A DNA stretch of 31,890 bases from a virus (taxonomy: Duplodnaviria; Caudoviricetes): the IMG/VR virus record IMGVR_UViG_3300044740_000039, positions 1-31,890 of that record; one strand, given 5' to 3'. The notes under the pieces were generated by a model. That model saw nothing but the letters and a program-made list of their open reading frames with translations. It was not told the DNA's origin and made no database searches. Within the stretch, counting starts at the first letter, position 1. The number at the start of each line of letters is the position of its first letter. Both the position numbers and the translations under genes were made by a program. Below, one piece after another: positions 8,464 to 17,529 of this stretch.

Positions 8464-8469
8464 ATTATA
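8464..8469 (-). promoter_or_regulatory. -10 element TATAAT for a leaderless transcript of the EndoVII pair
   Basis: Minus strand reads TATAAT-tggcaa-GTG(8457); no RBS seen. Confidence 0.65.
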
Positions 8470-8606
8470 CCCCGGACGACTCCAAAAGTACTGGTCGAAC
8501 GGCTAGTTGGCGGTTCCAACCACTCCCTGGCTGGGCTGGCGCGTGAGGGCGTCGCCGCCCGGCCAGGGTTCACGCCCTCAACGCCCTCCCCTCGAAGGAC
8601 ACCACC

Positions 8607-9050
8607 ATGAGCACACCGACCGACACCCCGCCCCCCGCCGAACAGCAGGAGGAGCCGATCCCGCTGCCCCCCGGCGTCACCTACGGCACCCTCTTCCCCA
8701 GGATCGAATTCCCCGAGCTCACCCCGGACGGCGCAGACCTGGTATGGGTGGAGATCCGCAACCCGGGCATGATGCCGCCGGCTGCCCTAGAAGAGGCCAA
8801 GGGTGCGATGAAGGACGTCCAGGTCGACGACGAGGGGCGTCCGGTAGACGAGGAGAAGGCCGCTCCGGCGGTGTACAGCATGCTCGCCAAGATGATCCGC
8901 AAGTGGAACGTGTACGACGTCATGGCCGACGACGACCCGCTGCCTGCTCTGCCCTCGCCGCCGCGCACCGCCGATGTCGTCAAGCAGGCGCCTGGCGCGA
9001 TCCTCAAGCGCCTCATGGAGGTCATCACGGCGCTGCAAAACCCTCGCTAG
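8607..9050 (+). CDS. Tail assembly chaperone (G-like)
   Basis: AAGGA RBS; acidic ~147 aa with MIRKWNVYD; position between major tail and tape measure. Confidence 0.85.
   Translation: MSTPTDTPPPAEQQEEPIPLPPGVTYGTLFPRIEFPELTPDGADLVWVEIRNPGMMPPAALEEAKGAMKDVQVDDEGRPVDEEKAAPAVYSMLAKMIRKWNVYDVMADDDPLPALPSPPRTADVVKQAPGAILKRLMEVITALQNPR
9038..9044 (+). promoter_or_regulatory. -1 programmed ribosomal frameshift slippery site A AAC CCT
   Basis: X XXY YYZ heptamer just before the TAG of the chaperone; the -1 frame stays open to 9286. Confidence 0.75.
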
Positions 9051-9286
9051 AGCTCGACTCGCCCTACCTTAACGACGTCCTGTGGCCCGCCGAGTCCATC
9101 TACGAAGGAACCTGGGGGTCGGGACCGGCGCCGGTTGAGGTGCAGTGGGTCGAGCTGATGCGCGAGTACCGGTGGTCGTGGCGGGACCTGATGGCGACAC
9201 CACCGTATGTGCGGCGGGTGTGCTGGGACCTGATGGTTGCCCGCCGCGAAGCCGAAGCGAACGCCCAAAAGCAGCAGAAGGGATGA
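9038..9286 (+). CDS. Frameshifted C-terminal extension of the tail assembly chaperone (GT-like)
   Basis: -1 frame KPSLELDSPY..ELMREYRWSWRDLMATPPYVRR; no RBS-linked start seen; W-x-W..P motif typical of T domains. Confidence 0.75.
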   Translation, partial: KPSLELDSPYLNDVLWPAESIYEGTWGSGPAPVEVQWVELMREYRWSWRDLMATPPYVRRVCWDLMVARREAEANAQKQQKG

Positions 9287-9753
9287 CCATGGCAGAGCTG
9301 CGTCCCGGGATCTTCACGGCGGGGTTCGCGAAGCTGGCGACCGAGGGCGATGCGCGGACCAGGCTGGCGCTGGAGCCTCTCGCCACGGCAGTCGAACGAC
9401 AAGCGAAGATCAACGCCTCCAACGGCCGCCACCCTTACGGCACGCGCACCCCAGCCCGCCCGGGGGAGGGGCCCGCGGTCATCTCGGGCACGCTGAAACG
9501 GTCGGTGGGGCACACGCCGATCGAGAAGGACGCGACCGGGTGGATGACGAAGGTCGGCCCCCGCGTCGGGTTCGCGCCCCCGTATGGGCGAAACCCGACC
9601 GAAGCGCACCGGTACGGCTACTACCTCGAGACCGGACTCCGCAACGGGGCGACGTACCCGTGGCTGAAGCCGGCCGCCGAATTCGCCACGAAAATCTCCG
9701 CCGTCAGCATCTTCAGCAAGCTGTACGGCAACGCCTGGACGCGGGTGTTCTAG
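9283..9753 (+). CDS. HK97 gp10-like tail component
   Basis: AVERQAKINAS..PGEGPAVISGTLKRSV..YGYYLETG..YPWLKPA; ATGA overlap with the upstream stop. Confidence 0.75.
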   Translation: MTMAELRPGIFTAGFAKLATEGDARTRLALEPLATAVERQAKINASNGRHPYGTRTPARPGEGPAVISGTLKRSVGHTPIEKDATGWMTKVGPRVGFAPPYGRNPTEAHRYGYYLETGLRNGATYPWLKPAAEFATKISAVSIFSKLYGNAWTRVF

Positions 9754-10268
9754 CCCTCCCGGAGCGTCGCATAGGACGCGGCGATACTGACGCAGTCCAT
9801 GCGAGGGGCGCCCTTCGGGATGGACTGGTCCAGGTGCTGCAGGACGCTCAGTTCCGTCTCGTCCGTGACGCCGTTCTTCTGGAGATCTTCGAGAGTTCCG
9901 TTGGCGATCCCCGCGATGTGCTGCTCGTCCTGCTTGCACTTCGGCGCGAGCGCGTCGAGCGCGTGCTGATAGTCGCCGACCGGATAGCGGCCGGTGTCGA
10001 GGTCGGCGAGCATCTTCGCCGGCCCGGGTGTCGCCGCATGCGTCGCCGTACTCGGCTTCGGTTTCGCTGACGGTTTCGCTTCCGGCCGGATGCTGCTGGC
10101 CGCAGGCGTAGCGGCTGCCGCGGTGCTGTCATGCCGACCGGAGTCCTTCACCCCAGACACCACGCCGGCGATGAACGGCGGGGCCGCGATCAGCACGACC
10201 ACGCCGATAACGATCTTCTTTCTCTTGCTCATCGGCCGCTTCTGTGCCGGTTCGGGCCGCTGGCTCAC
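9750..10268 (-). CDS. Single-pass membrane-anchored extracytoplasmic protein (antisense moron)
   Basis: AGGGGGA RBS then GTG 10268; KRKK then a hydrophobic helix, Ala/Pro/Lys linker, C-terminal domain with two Cys; candidate -10 TACGGT at 10322-10327. Confidence 0.75.
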   Translation of the reverse strand: MSQRPEPAQKRPMSKRKKIVIGVVVLIAAPPFIAGVVSGVKDSGRHDSTAAAATPAASSIRPEAKPSAKPKPSTATHAATPGPAKMLADLDTGRYPVGDYQHALDALAPKCKQDEQHIAGIANGTLEDLQKNGVTDETELSVLQHLDQSIPKGAPRMDCVSIAASYATLREG

Positions 10269-10388
10269 AGATTCCCCCCTGTAGTGCGGTGGCGCCCTCT
10301 GGCTGTGGGCGCGGCACCGGGACCGTACACCCCACCTGCACTGGCTCGTCACCTGTTCATCTCATCTTCCGCTGTAAGGGGGTGGGCG

Positions 10389-12815
10389 GTGGCCTCCGAA
10401 GTCGGCGACCTGTATGTGGTCCTCCGCGCGATCACGGACCCGTTCAAGCGGGGTCTGAAGGAAGCCGCCGCGGAGGGCGAAGCGTCCACCACGGCGATCG
10501 GCGGCGCCTTCCAGAAACTCGGCAAGATCGGCGTCGTCGCAGGTGCTGCAGCAGTCGCGGTCGGGGCCGTCTCCGTGAAGTGGGCCGCCGACTTCCAGGA
10601 GCAGATGACCCGCCTGTACACGGCGGCCGGTCTCTCCACCGAGCAGCTCAAAGCCGTCCACATGACCGCGAAGCAACTCGATGACGCGGTCCTGCAACTC
10701 GGCGACCAGACCGGCTACACCGGCACGCAGATGGCCGAGGCCCTCTACCACCCGATCTCCGCAGGACTCGACCTGAAGTCCGCACTGGAGGTCGTCAAGT
10801 ACAGCGCCGAGGAGGCCCGGATCTCCGGGTCGTCGCTGGAAGACACCACCTACTCGCTGTCCAGCGTGATGAAGGCCTTCAACTTCAGCGCCTCGCAGGC
10901 CGGGCCGACGATGGCGTCGCTCAACGCGATCGTCGGCGAAGGCGACATGCGGTTCCAGGACTTCAACGAGTCCATCAAGAACTGGGCTCCGACGGCCGCG
11001 CAGATGGGTATCTCCGTCAACTCGATGGGTGCCGGCCTCGCCTACCTGACGGACCGCGGCAACAGCGCGGAGGTTGCGGCGACTCGTCTGACGATGGGCA
11101 TCTCGATGATGACCACGCCAGCGAAGCAGGCGGCGAAGATGCTCGTCGGTCTCGGCCTGGCGTCGACCGACGTGAAGTCGTCCAGCGCCGCCATGCAGGA
11201 GGCGATGCAGAAGGCGGGGATCACCCAGAACCAGCTCGCCTTGGACCTGAAGAAGCCCGACGGTTTGTACGTCGCCCTGAAGGACTTGAAGGACGGCCTG
11301 GAGAAAGCGGGAGTGTCGGGCACGGAAGCCGACAGCGTCCTGGCGAAGATCTTCGGTGGCGGCCGGTCGGACAAGGCGATCATGTCGCTGATGCAGAACT
11401 TGGACGGGCTGAAAACCAAGTTCGACGCCATCAGCCACGACAGCAGCATGCAGCACTTCCAGGACGCGTGGCAGAAGACGCAGCAGACCTTCAACCAGCA
11501 GCTCCACGAGACCGAGGCGACCCTGGTCAACCTGGGCATCAAGCTCGGCTCGATCCTGCTGCCTTACGTGCAGAAGTTCCTCGGCTGGATCCGCACCGGC
11601 GTGGACTGGCTGATGAAGCACAAGATAGCGGCCGAGATGCTCGCCGGAGCGCTGGCGACCACCCTGGTCGCGGCGATCGTCGCCGTGGGTACGGCACTGG
11701 TCACATCGTTCGGCTGGGTTGAGCTGATCGTCGTCGGAGTCATGGCGGTCGGTGCCGCGCTCGTCTACGCCTACAACCACTTCAAGACGTTCCGGACCAT
11801 CGTCAACGGCATCGCGACGTTCATGAAAGGCGTGTTCGTTGCCTCCTGGCATGTCGCCGGACTGGCGATACGCGCGCTGGCTGTCATCTGGGACGCCACA
11901 GCCAAGGCCGTGCAGGCCATCGCCAAATGGTTCGACGCCAACGTCCTCAAGTGGATCAGGGCGCGGACCAAGGATCTGACGGACTGGTGGAAGTCCCACA
12001 GCAAAGAGATCACCGAGGTCTGGCACTTCGTCTTCGAGTTCATCAAGACGGAAGCCAAGGTCGTGTTCGACCTCATCGCCGCCGCACTCAAGGTGCTGTA
12101 CCAGGTGTGGAAGGTCGTCTGGGGCCTCATCAAGGACACCGTGAAACTGGTCTGGGACGCCATCAAAAACATCGTCACCTTCGGCATGCACCTGATCATG
12201 AACATCATCGGGATCGTCCTCGACCTCATCACCGGCCACTGGGGCAAAGCCTGGGCAGACCTGAAGAAGCTTGCGAGCCAGGCACTCCACGACGTGTGGA
12301 ACTTCATCAAAAGCTTCTTCTCCGACGCCGGAAGCCTCCTCTATGACGCCGGAAAGAACATCATCAACGGCCTGATCAACGGCATCAAGGCGATGATCGG
12401 CGGCGTCAGCAACGCCATCGGAGACGTCGTCTCCGAGATCAAGGACCACTTGCCCTGGTCCCCGGCGAAGAAAGGCCCGCTCTCAGGCTCCGGCTCGCCG
12501 GAAATCGGCGGCCGGAACATCGGCAAGCAGGTCGCCGCTGGCCTGTTCTCCTCGGTGCCGTTCGTGGCCGCTGCCGCTGACCGAATGGCCGGCACCGCAG
12601 CGCTGTCCGTTGGCGGAACGATCCACGGCCCGTCTCTGGCCGCGCTCGCCGCCGGTGGCGGCTACGGCGCGATCGGCGGGGGCCCGACGGTCGTCAACTA
12701 CATCACGGTGCAAGGCAGCGTGCTGACCAACCGCGACATCCGCGACCTTGTCCAGCGCGAGTTCCTGCGGCTGGGCGCCCGCAGTTCGACGACGTGGCAG
12801 CAGTACCAGCGCTGA
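10389..12815 (+). CDS. Tape measure protein (TP901-like core), ~808 aa
   Basis: GTG 10389 (MASEVGDLYV); MAEALY..SAG..IFGG core; Trp-periodic helical repeats; C-terminal PWSPAKKGPL. Confidence 0.95.
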   Translation: MASEVGDLYVVLRAITDPFKRGLKEAAAEGEASTTAIGGAFQKLGKIGVVAGAAAVAVGAVSVKWAADFQEQMTRLYTAAGLSTEQLKAVHMTAKQLDDAVLQLGDQTGYTGTQMAEALYHPISAGLDLKSALEVVKYSAEEARISGSSLEDTTYSLSSVMKAFNFSASQAGPTMASLNAIVGEGDMRFQDFNESIKNWAPTAAQMGISVNSMGAGLAYLTDRGNSAEVAATRLTMGISMMTTPAKQAAKMLVGLGLASTDVKSSSAAMQEAMQKAGITQNQLALDLKKPDGLYVALKDLKDGLEKAGVSGTEADSVLAKIFGGGRSDKAIMSLMQNLDGLKTKFDAISHDSSMQHFQDAWQKTQQTFNQQLHETEATLVNLGIKLGSILLPYVQKFLGWIRTGVDWLMKHKIAAEMLAGALATTLVAAIVAVGTALVTSFGWVELIVVGVMAVGAALVYAYNHFKTFRTIVNGIATFMKGVFVASWHVAGLAIRALAVIWDATAKAVQAIAKWFDANVLKWIRARTKDLTDWWKSHSKEITEVWHFVFEFIKTEAKVVFDLIAAALKVLYQVWKVVWGLIKDTVKLVWDAIKNIVTFGMHLIMNIIGIVLDLITGHWGKAWADLKKLASQALHDVWNFIKSFFSDAGSLLYDAGKNIINGLINGIKAMIGGVSNAIGDVVSEIKDHLPWSPAKKGPLSGSGSPEIGGRNIGKQVAAGLFSSVPFVAAAADRMAGTAALSVGGTIHGPSLAALAAGGGYGAIGGGPTVVNYITVQGSVLTNRDIRDLVQREFLRLGARSSTTWQQYQR

Positions 12816-12865
12816 GTTCAACCGACGTGTGAGGGCGCCGCCGGGCGCCAGATTGGTGGTGCCCG

Positions 12866-15800
12866 GTGGCGTCGAAGCTGTCTACGCTCGTCGACTTTTT
12901 CGGCGGCACGGCGATCAACACCAGCACGTGGAACGCGTCGTCTGGCAGCGGGGTCACGCTGGACACGACGCTGGACCGGGTGTCGGTGTCGTGTACCGCC
13001 TCGTACACGTCCCTCGGGTCGACGGCGTGGGATGCGACGGGGTCGTCGATTTACGTCCGGGTGTCGCCGGCGCCTGTGGGGAACGGGTCGACGCAGACCC
13101 AGTTGCAGCTCACCGCGGCGGGCGGCAGCAATAAGGCGTTGTTGATGTGTGATGGCGGCGGCACGATGCGGGCTGCCGTTGTCACGTCGGGGTCGACGAC
13201 GGCGTCGGTGACGATCGGCGCCTATGACGCGTACAACCACGCGTGGTGGCGGATCCGCGAGTCTGCGGGCGTCTTCTACTTCGACACGTCGGCGGACGGG
13301 TGGACGTGGACGCAGCAGGCGCAGGCCACGTACTCGTGGACCGCCACCGCCGTGACAGTGCTGTTGACGTGCGGCTACTACGGCACCGAAGCGGCTGGCA
13401 TGGTCGCGTACTTCGACCACGTCAACACCATGTCGTCGGCTCCTGGCCAGCTGAATCTGGCGTGGCCGAGCGTCGAGTTCGCATGGGCGCCGTACTGGAA
13501 CTGCAACGGCGGCGACCTGCCCCTGGACAGGTACGTGGATGTGACCAGCCGGACCCGCGGCACGATGGGCTTGAACCGGGGCCGCCAGTATGAGCTGGAC
13601 CAGGTCCGGTCGTCGGAGCTGACCGCGCAGCTCGCGAACACGGACGGCGCCCTGGACCCCAACAACGCGTCCGGGCCGTGGTTCGGGCACATTCAGCCCT
13701 ATCAGCCGACCCGGGTACGGGCACAGTGGCCTCCGACACGCAACCTCCTGACGCAGGTGCAGGCCACGGGCGGTGACCTGGGCGGATTCAGCACCGGCAC
13801 GATCCCCGGGGGCGCCAGCGGCATCGACGTGTTCTCGCTCGCCGACAGCAGTGGCGGCACGATCACCGCCTCCACCTCGGCGTGGCAGGGCTCGAACGTC
13901 TTCCAGTTCTCTGTGCCGTCTGGCACGGCCGCGCAGACGGCGATCTGCTTCACCCTGCAGCCTGCCGTGCAGCCGGGCGTGACGTACACCGTGCAGATGC
14001 AGGTGCGGAACGTCACCGCATCCGCATCCTTGCAGGTGGACGCGTGGATCGTGTTCTCCAGCGTGACGGGGGCGATCTCGACTATCCGGTCGTCCGTGGT
14101 CACCCTGACGGGGAGCGCCACGGCCCCTTGGACGCTCGTCACGGTCACGGCGACAGCCCCGGCGAACACGGCCCGCGTCTCGTTCGGTGTCGAGACCGGT
14201 GGTACGGCGGCGGCGACGTGCAGTGTGCAGGTGGATGGCTGGCAGTGGGAAAAGAGCTCGACGCCGACCACGTGGGTATGCCCTGGCGTCACCTACCCGG
14301 TGTTCGGCGGGTTCGTGGAGCGCTGGCCGTCGCAGTGGTCGATGTCCGGCACCTACGGCACCGTGCAGCCGACCGCTGTTGACGCTTTGTCCCTGCTCAG
14401 CCAGGTGCAGTTGTCCGACCCGCTGATTGAGGAGATCAACTCCCACTCGCCGCGGTTCCTGTACACGCTGGGGGACCCGCAAGGCGCGGCTACGTTCACC
14501 GACGCGACGGGCCAGAACAAGGCCGCCGCATGGCAGACCGGCAAGTATGGTCCGGGATCACTCACGTCGGGGAACCAGATCACATCCGCCACGTCTGCGG
14601 GTGCCTACACCGGATCGTCCGACACGGTTGTGACCATCAACAACCCCAACCCAGGCACCAATATCATCTCCGGCGCCACCTTCATCTCCCTGACCAGCGC
14701 AGGAATCACCGGCCCCGCGAACCCGTCGGGCTCCTGGACCCGAATGATCGCATTCCGGTACACGGGTCCGACGCCTTCCGTCGACACCGTGTTCTGGTCC
14801 TCATTCGATAGGCAGCGCGTTAACAATCTCCCCGGAGGATCCCAGCTGTACTGGGGACTCGACTCGAGCGGAAAGTTCGGGGTGACAATAAGCGGGCCGA
14901 CGAACAACCCGGCAGTTTACATACCGTCCCCAACCAGCATGGCGGACTCGAACTGGCATCTCGGTATCGCGTCATACAACCATGCGAATGGACAGCTTAT
15001 CGTCAGCATCGACGGGAATGCCCTCTTCTGGACCCTTTCCTCGGCGCAGGAGCCAACCGGACTGGTCTCAGACAACATTGGGGCCTGGGTAGATCCCACC
15101 GTAGGCAACGGCACCTACCTCAACTACAAGGGCGATCTCAGCTTCGTCGCCGAGTTCCCCTCGGCGTTGTCGTCCACGGACATGACGAGTATCTACAACG
15201 CGTGGAAGACGTCCTGCTCGGGCGAGTCGACGGACGCCCGCTACAACCGGATCCTCCGCTATGCCGGGTACACGGGGCTGTCGTCCGTTCAGGCGGGGCT
15301 GACGACGTCGATGGGGCCCGCGTCCTTCTCGGGCCAGGACGCGCTCAGCGCACTTCAGGCGGTCGTGGACACGGAGAGCGGCGAGCATTTCGTCGCCCGG
15401 GATGGCACGCTCACGTTCAAGTCGCGGTCGGCCCGCTACAACTCGCTCACGCCCGCAATCGTCTTCGGGGAGAACGCGGGGGAGATCCCCTACGAAGACG
15501 CCCAGTTGGACTACGACCCGACGCACCTGAGCAATCTGGTCACGATAACCCAGGCCAGCACGAATCAGACGTTCGTCGCCCAGGACGCCACGTCGCAAAC
15601 CAACTATTTCCCCAGGTCGCTGACGCGCACGGTCAACTCTTCGTCGGCTCTGGAATGCCAGGACGCCGCCGGATACCTACTGTCCCGCTACAAGAACGCC
15701 CTGACCCGGGTCCAGTCCCTGAAACTGCATCCGGCGGCTAACCCGGCCCTGTGGCCGACCCTGCTCGGTCTGGAACTCGGCACCAGGGTTCGCGTCATGC

Positions 15801-16276
15801 GTAGGCCGCCCAGCCCGGCGCCAGCGATTCAGGTCGAGTGCTATGCCGAGGGCATCCAATGGGACTGGGACGACCAGGGCGAGGCCTACGTCACGCTCCA
15901 GTGCAGTCCGGCGGACCTCACGCCATACGCGCTGTTCGCCGCATTCCACACCACGTTGAACGGCAGCCCGGCGGCCGGGGTCACGAGCATCACGATCAAC
16001 GCGGGCGCCGACAACCAGAACGCGGCGGCGTCCCAGCTCGGGCAAGGGCAGCAGCTCGTTCTCGGACTCGGCACCGCCAACCAGGAGACCGTCACGATCT
16101 CCTCGGTCAGCACCACGTCGGCAGGCTGGACCACCGCCGTGATCACCCTCCAAGCGGCCACCACCAAGTCCCACACCAGCGGCGACACCGTCTGCGAACC
16201 GCTGCCCAGCGGCATCACCAGCGCCACCACCTGGGACGCCATGACCAAATTCGACGCCTGCAACTTCGCCTACTAG
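12866..16276 (+). CDS. Large minor tail / tail-tip protein with ConA/LamG-like and CBM-like domains
   Basis: Directly after the tape measure; YVDVT..RGRQYELD..L.N.DGALDP tail-tip signature; NLL..VQPGVTYTV..VDGWQWE CBM-like insert; WH..Y..IDG..YKGDLSFVA LamG-like domain. Confidence 0.85.
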   Translation: MASKLSTLVDFFGGTAINTSTWNASSGSGVTLDTTLDRVSVSCTASYTSLGSTAWDATGSSIYVRVSPAPVGNGSTQTQLQLTAAGGSNKALLMCDGGGTMRAAVVTSGSTTASVTIGAYDAYNHAWWRIRESAGVFYFDTSADGWTWTQQAQATYSWTATAVTVLLTCGYYGTEAAGMVAYFDHVNTMSSAPGQLNLAWPSVEFAWAPYWNCNGGDLPLDRYVDVTSRTRGTMGLNRGRQYELDQVRSSELTAQLANTDGALDPNNASGPWFGHIQPYQPTRVRAQWPPTRNLLTQVQATGGDLGGFSTGTIPGGASGIDVFSLADSSGGTITASTSAWQGSNVFQFSVPSGTAAQTAICFTLQPAVQPGVTYTVQMQVRNVTASASLQVDAWIVFSSVTGAISTIRSSVVTLTGSATAPWTLVTVTATAPANTARVSFGVETGGTAAATCSVQVDGWQWEKSSTPTTWVCPGVTYPVFGGFVERWPSQWSMSGTYGTVQPTAVDALSLLSQVQLSDPLIEEINSHSPRFLYTLGDPQGAATFTDATGQNKAAAWQTGKYGPGSLTSGNQITSATSAGAYTGSSDTVVTINNPNPGTNIISGATFISLTSAGITGPANPSGSWTRMIAFRYTGPTPSVDTVFWSSFDRQRVNNLPGGSQLYWGLDSSGKFGVTISGPTNNPAVYIPSPTSMADSNWHLGIASYNHANGQLIVSIDGNALFWTLSSAQEPTGLVSDNIGAWVDPTVGNGTYLNYKGDLSFVAEFPSALSSTDMTSIYNAWKTSCSGESTDARYNRILRYAGYTGLSSVQAGLTTSMGPASFSGQDALSALQAVVDTESGEHFVARDGTLTFKSRSARYNSLTPAIVFGENAGEIPYEDAQLDYDPTHLSNLVTITQASTNQTFVAQDATSQTNYFPRSLTRTVNSSSALECQDAAGYLLSRYKNALTRVQSLKLHPAANPALWPTLLGLELGTRVRVMRRPPSPAPAIQVECYAEGIQWDWDDQGEAYVTLQCSPADLTPYALFAAFHTTLNGSPAAGVTSITINAGADNQNAAASQLGQGQQLVLGLGTANQETVTISSVSTTSAGWTTAVITLQAATTKSHTSGDTVCEPLPSGITSATTWDAMTKFDACNFAY

Positions 16277-16288
16277 GAGGGGCCGCTC

Positions 16289-16813
16289 ATGGCCAACCTG
16301 CCCGTACCGGTCCCCGCCAGCGAACAAGCAGGCAACCTCATAACCGGCGCGCTGTGGAACGCCAACGTCTACAACGGCTTGACGTACCTGCTCAACCCGC
16401 CCGCGTTCTGGGGCTACCAGACCGCCTCCCAATCCCTGACCGCCAACAACCCCGCCGCGATCCTCCTCGACTCGGAGCAGATCGACTCCTACGGCGGCCA
16501 CTCCACCACCAGCAACACCAGCCGCTACGTCGCACAAGTCTCCGGCTACTACTTCGCGTTCGCCAGCATCATCTGGCAGAGCAACTCCACCGGAAACCGG
16601 GTCGCGCAGCTCTACAAGAACGGCTCCCCGATCAACGCCGCATACGGCAGCTTCAGCACAACCGCCTTCATCGCCTCCGCAGTGGCCGCAGGCATCATCC
16701 AGCTCAACGCAAACGACTACCTGGAGATGTTCGCCAACCAAGGCGCCAGCGTGGGCACACAGGCCTCCGCCCCCCAATACAGCTCGATGCTGCTGTGGTT
16801 CATGCACGCCTGA
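16289..16813 (+). CDS. Minor tail protein / putative receptor-binding protein with a C1q/TNF-like head
   Basis: AGGAGG RBS; PPAF..Q..SRYVAQVSGYY..LYKNG..QLNANDYLEMF resembles a C1q-like jelly roll. Confidence 0.7.
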   Translation: MANLPVPVPASEQAGNLITGALWNANVYNGLTYLLNPPAFWGYQTASQSLTANNPAAILLDSEQIDSYGGHSTTSNTSRYVAQVSGYYFAFASIIWQSNSTGNRVAQLYKNGSPINAAYGSFSTTAFIASAVAAGIIQLNANDYLEMFANQGASVGTQASAPQYSSMLLWFMHA

Positions 16814-16825
16814 TCGGAGACCCCC

Positions 16826-17266
16826 ATGACCACACCCGAGCTTCCAGAGGGCCCCCAGCCCGCGCCCTTCACGCCCCTGCCGCCCAGCCCCGGCCCGGCC
16901 TGCTCCACCTGCGGCAACAAGCCCATCGCCCAGTGGCGGCGACGGCCCACCACTGATGAGCTCGCCACCCTGGTCGCGGCCGAAGAAGCACGCCGCACCC
17001 AAGCCCTCCTCCTCGCCGACCCGCAGCAGCCGCCGCCCGTCTTCCCGCCGCTGCCGACCGCCGACGACACCACGATGGCCGTCTACGGGTGCGCGGAGCA
17101 CGCCATCCACATCGACGCCGCAGCCCGCATCCACGAAGCCACCTGCACCGGCTGCGACTGCGACCCCGAACCCCTCCCCCCACCCACGCCGATACCCGGC
17201 GAAGAGCCGACCATCACCCTGCCCACCGGCTGGACCATCCCCGCACCCACCGAGGAGAACGCGTGA
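16826..17266 (+). CDS. Pro-rich hypothetical protein with Cys/His (Zn-binding-like) motifs
   Basis: GGAG RBS; CSTCG..CAEH..H..CTGCDC; GC3 bias. Confidence 0.65.
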   Translation: MTTPELPEGPQPAPFTPLPPSPGPACSTCGNKPIAQWRRRPTTDELATLVAAEEARRTQALLLADPQQPPPVFPPLPTADDTTMAVYGCAEHAIHIDAAARIHEATCTGCDCDPEPLPPPTPIPGEEPTITLPTGWTIPAPTEENA

Positions 17267-17517
17267 GCAGCACCAGCAGCAGCACCGAGTACGTTTTCAC
17301 CGTCGGCACCGGCACCCCCAGCGACACCGACTACGGCCAGTGGGTCGCCACCACGCAGGGCGGCATGACCGACGCGTTCGCCAGCCAGATCGTCGAAGCA
17401 CTGAAAGCCATCACCCCGCCCACCGGAGTCACGATCACCGCGACCGTGCAAAAGCAGGACAACAGCTCCACCTCGTACACCACCAACTACAGCACCAGCC
17501 CGATCACCTTCACGTGA
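17263..17517 (+). CDS. Small Thr/Ser-rich hypothetical protein
   Basis: GAGGAG RBS and GTGA overlap at 17263; MSSTSSSTEYVFTVG..PITFT. Confidence 0.65.
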   Translation: MSSTSSSTEYVFTVGTGTPSDTDYGQWVATTQGGMTDAFASQIVEALKAITPPTGVTITATVQKQDNSSTSYTTNYSTSPITFT

Positions 17518-17529
17518 TCGCTGTGACCG

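Noticed and set aside
8544-8580. 9-bp inverted repeat TGAGGGCGT/ACGCCCTCA before the chaperone gene
   Set aside because: Real, but probably an ordinary intergenic hairpin; no further evidence of function
10362-12449. 695-aa minus-strand ORF, and similar long Arg/Pro/Gly-rich ORFs (1043-2437, 1887-3284, 12818-14482, 29825-31063)
   Set aside because: Off-frame or antisense ORFs expected in high-GC DNA; they overlap well-supported genes
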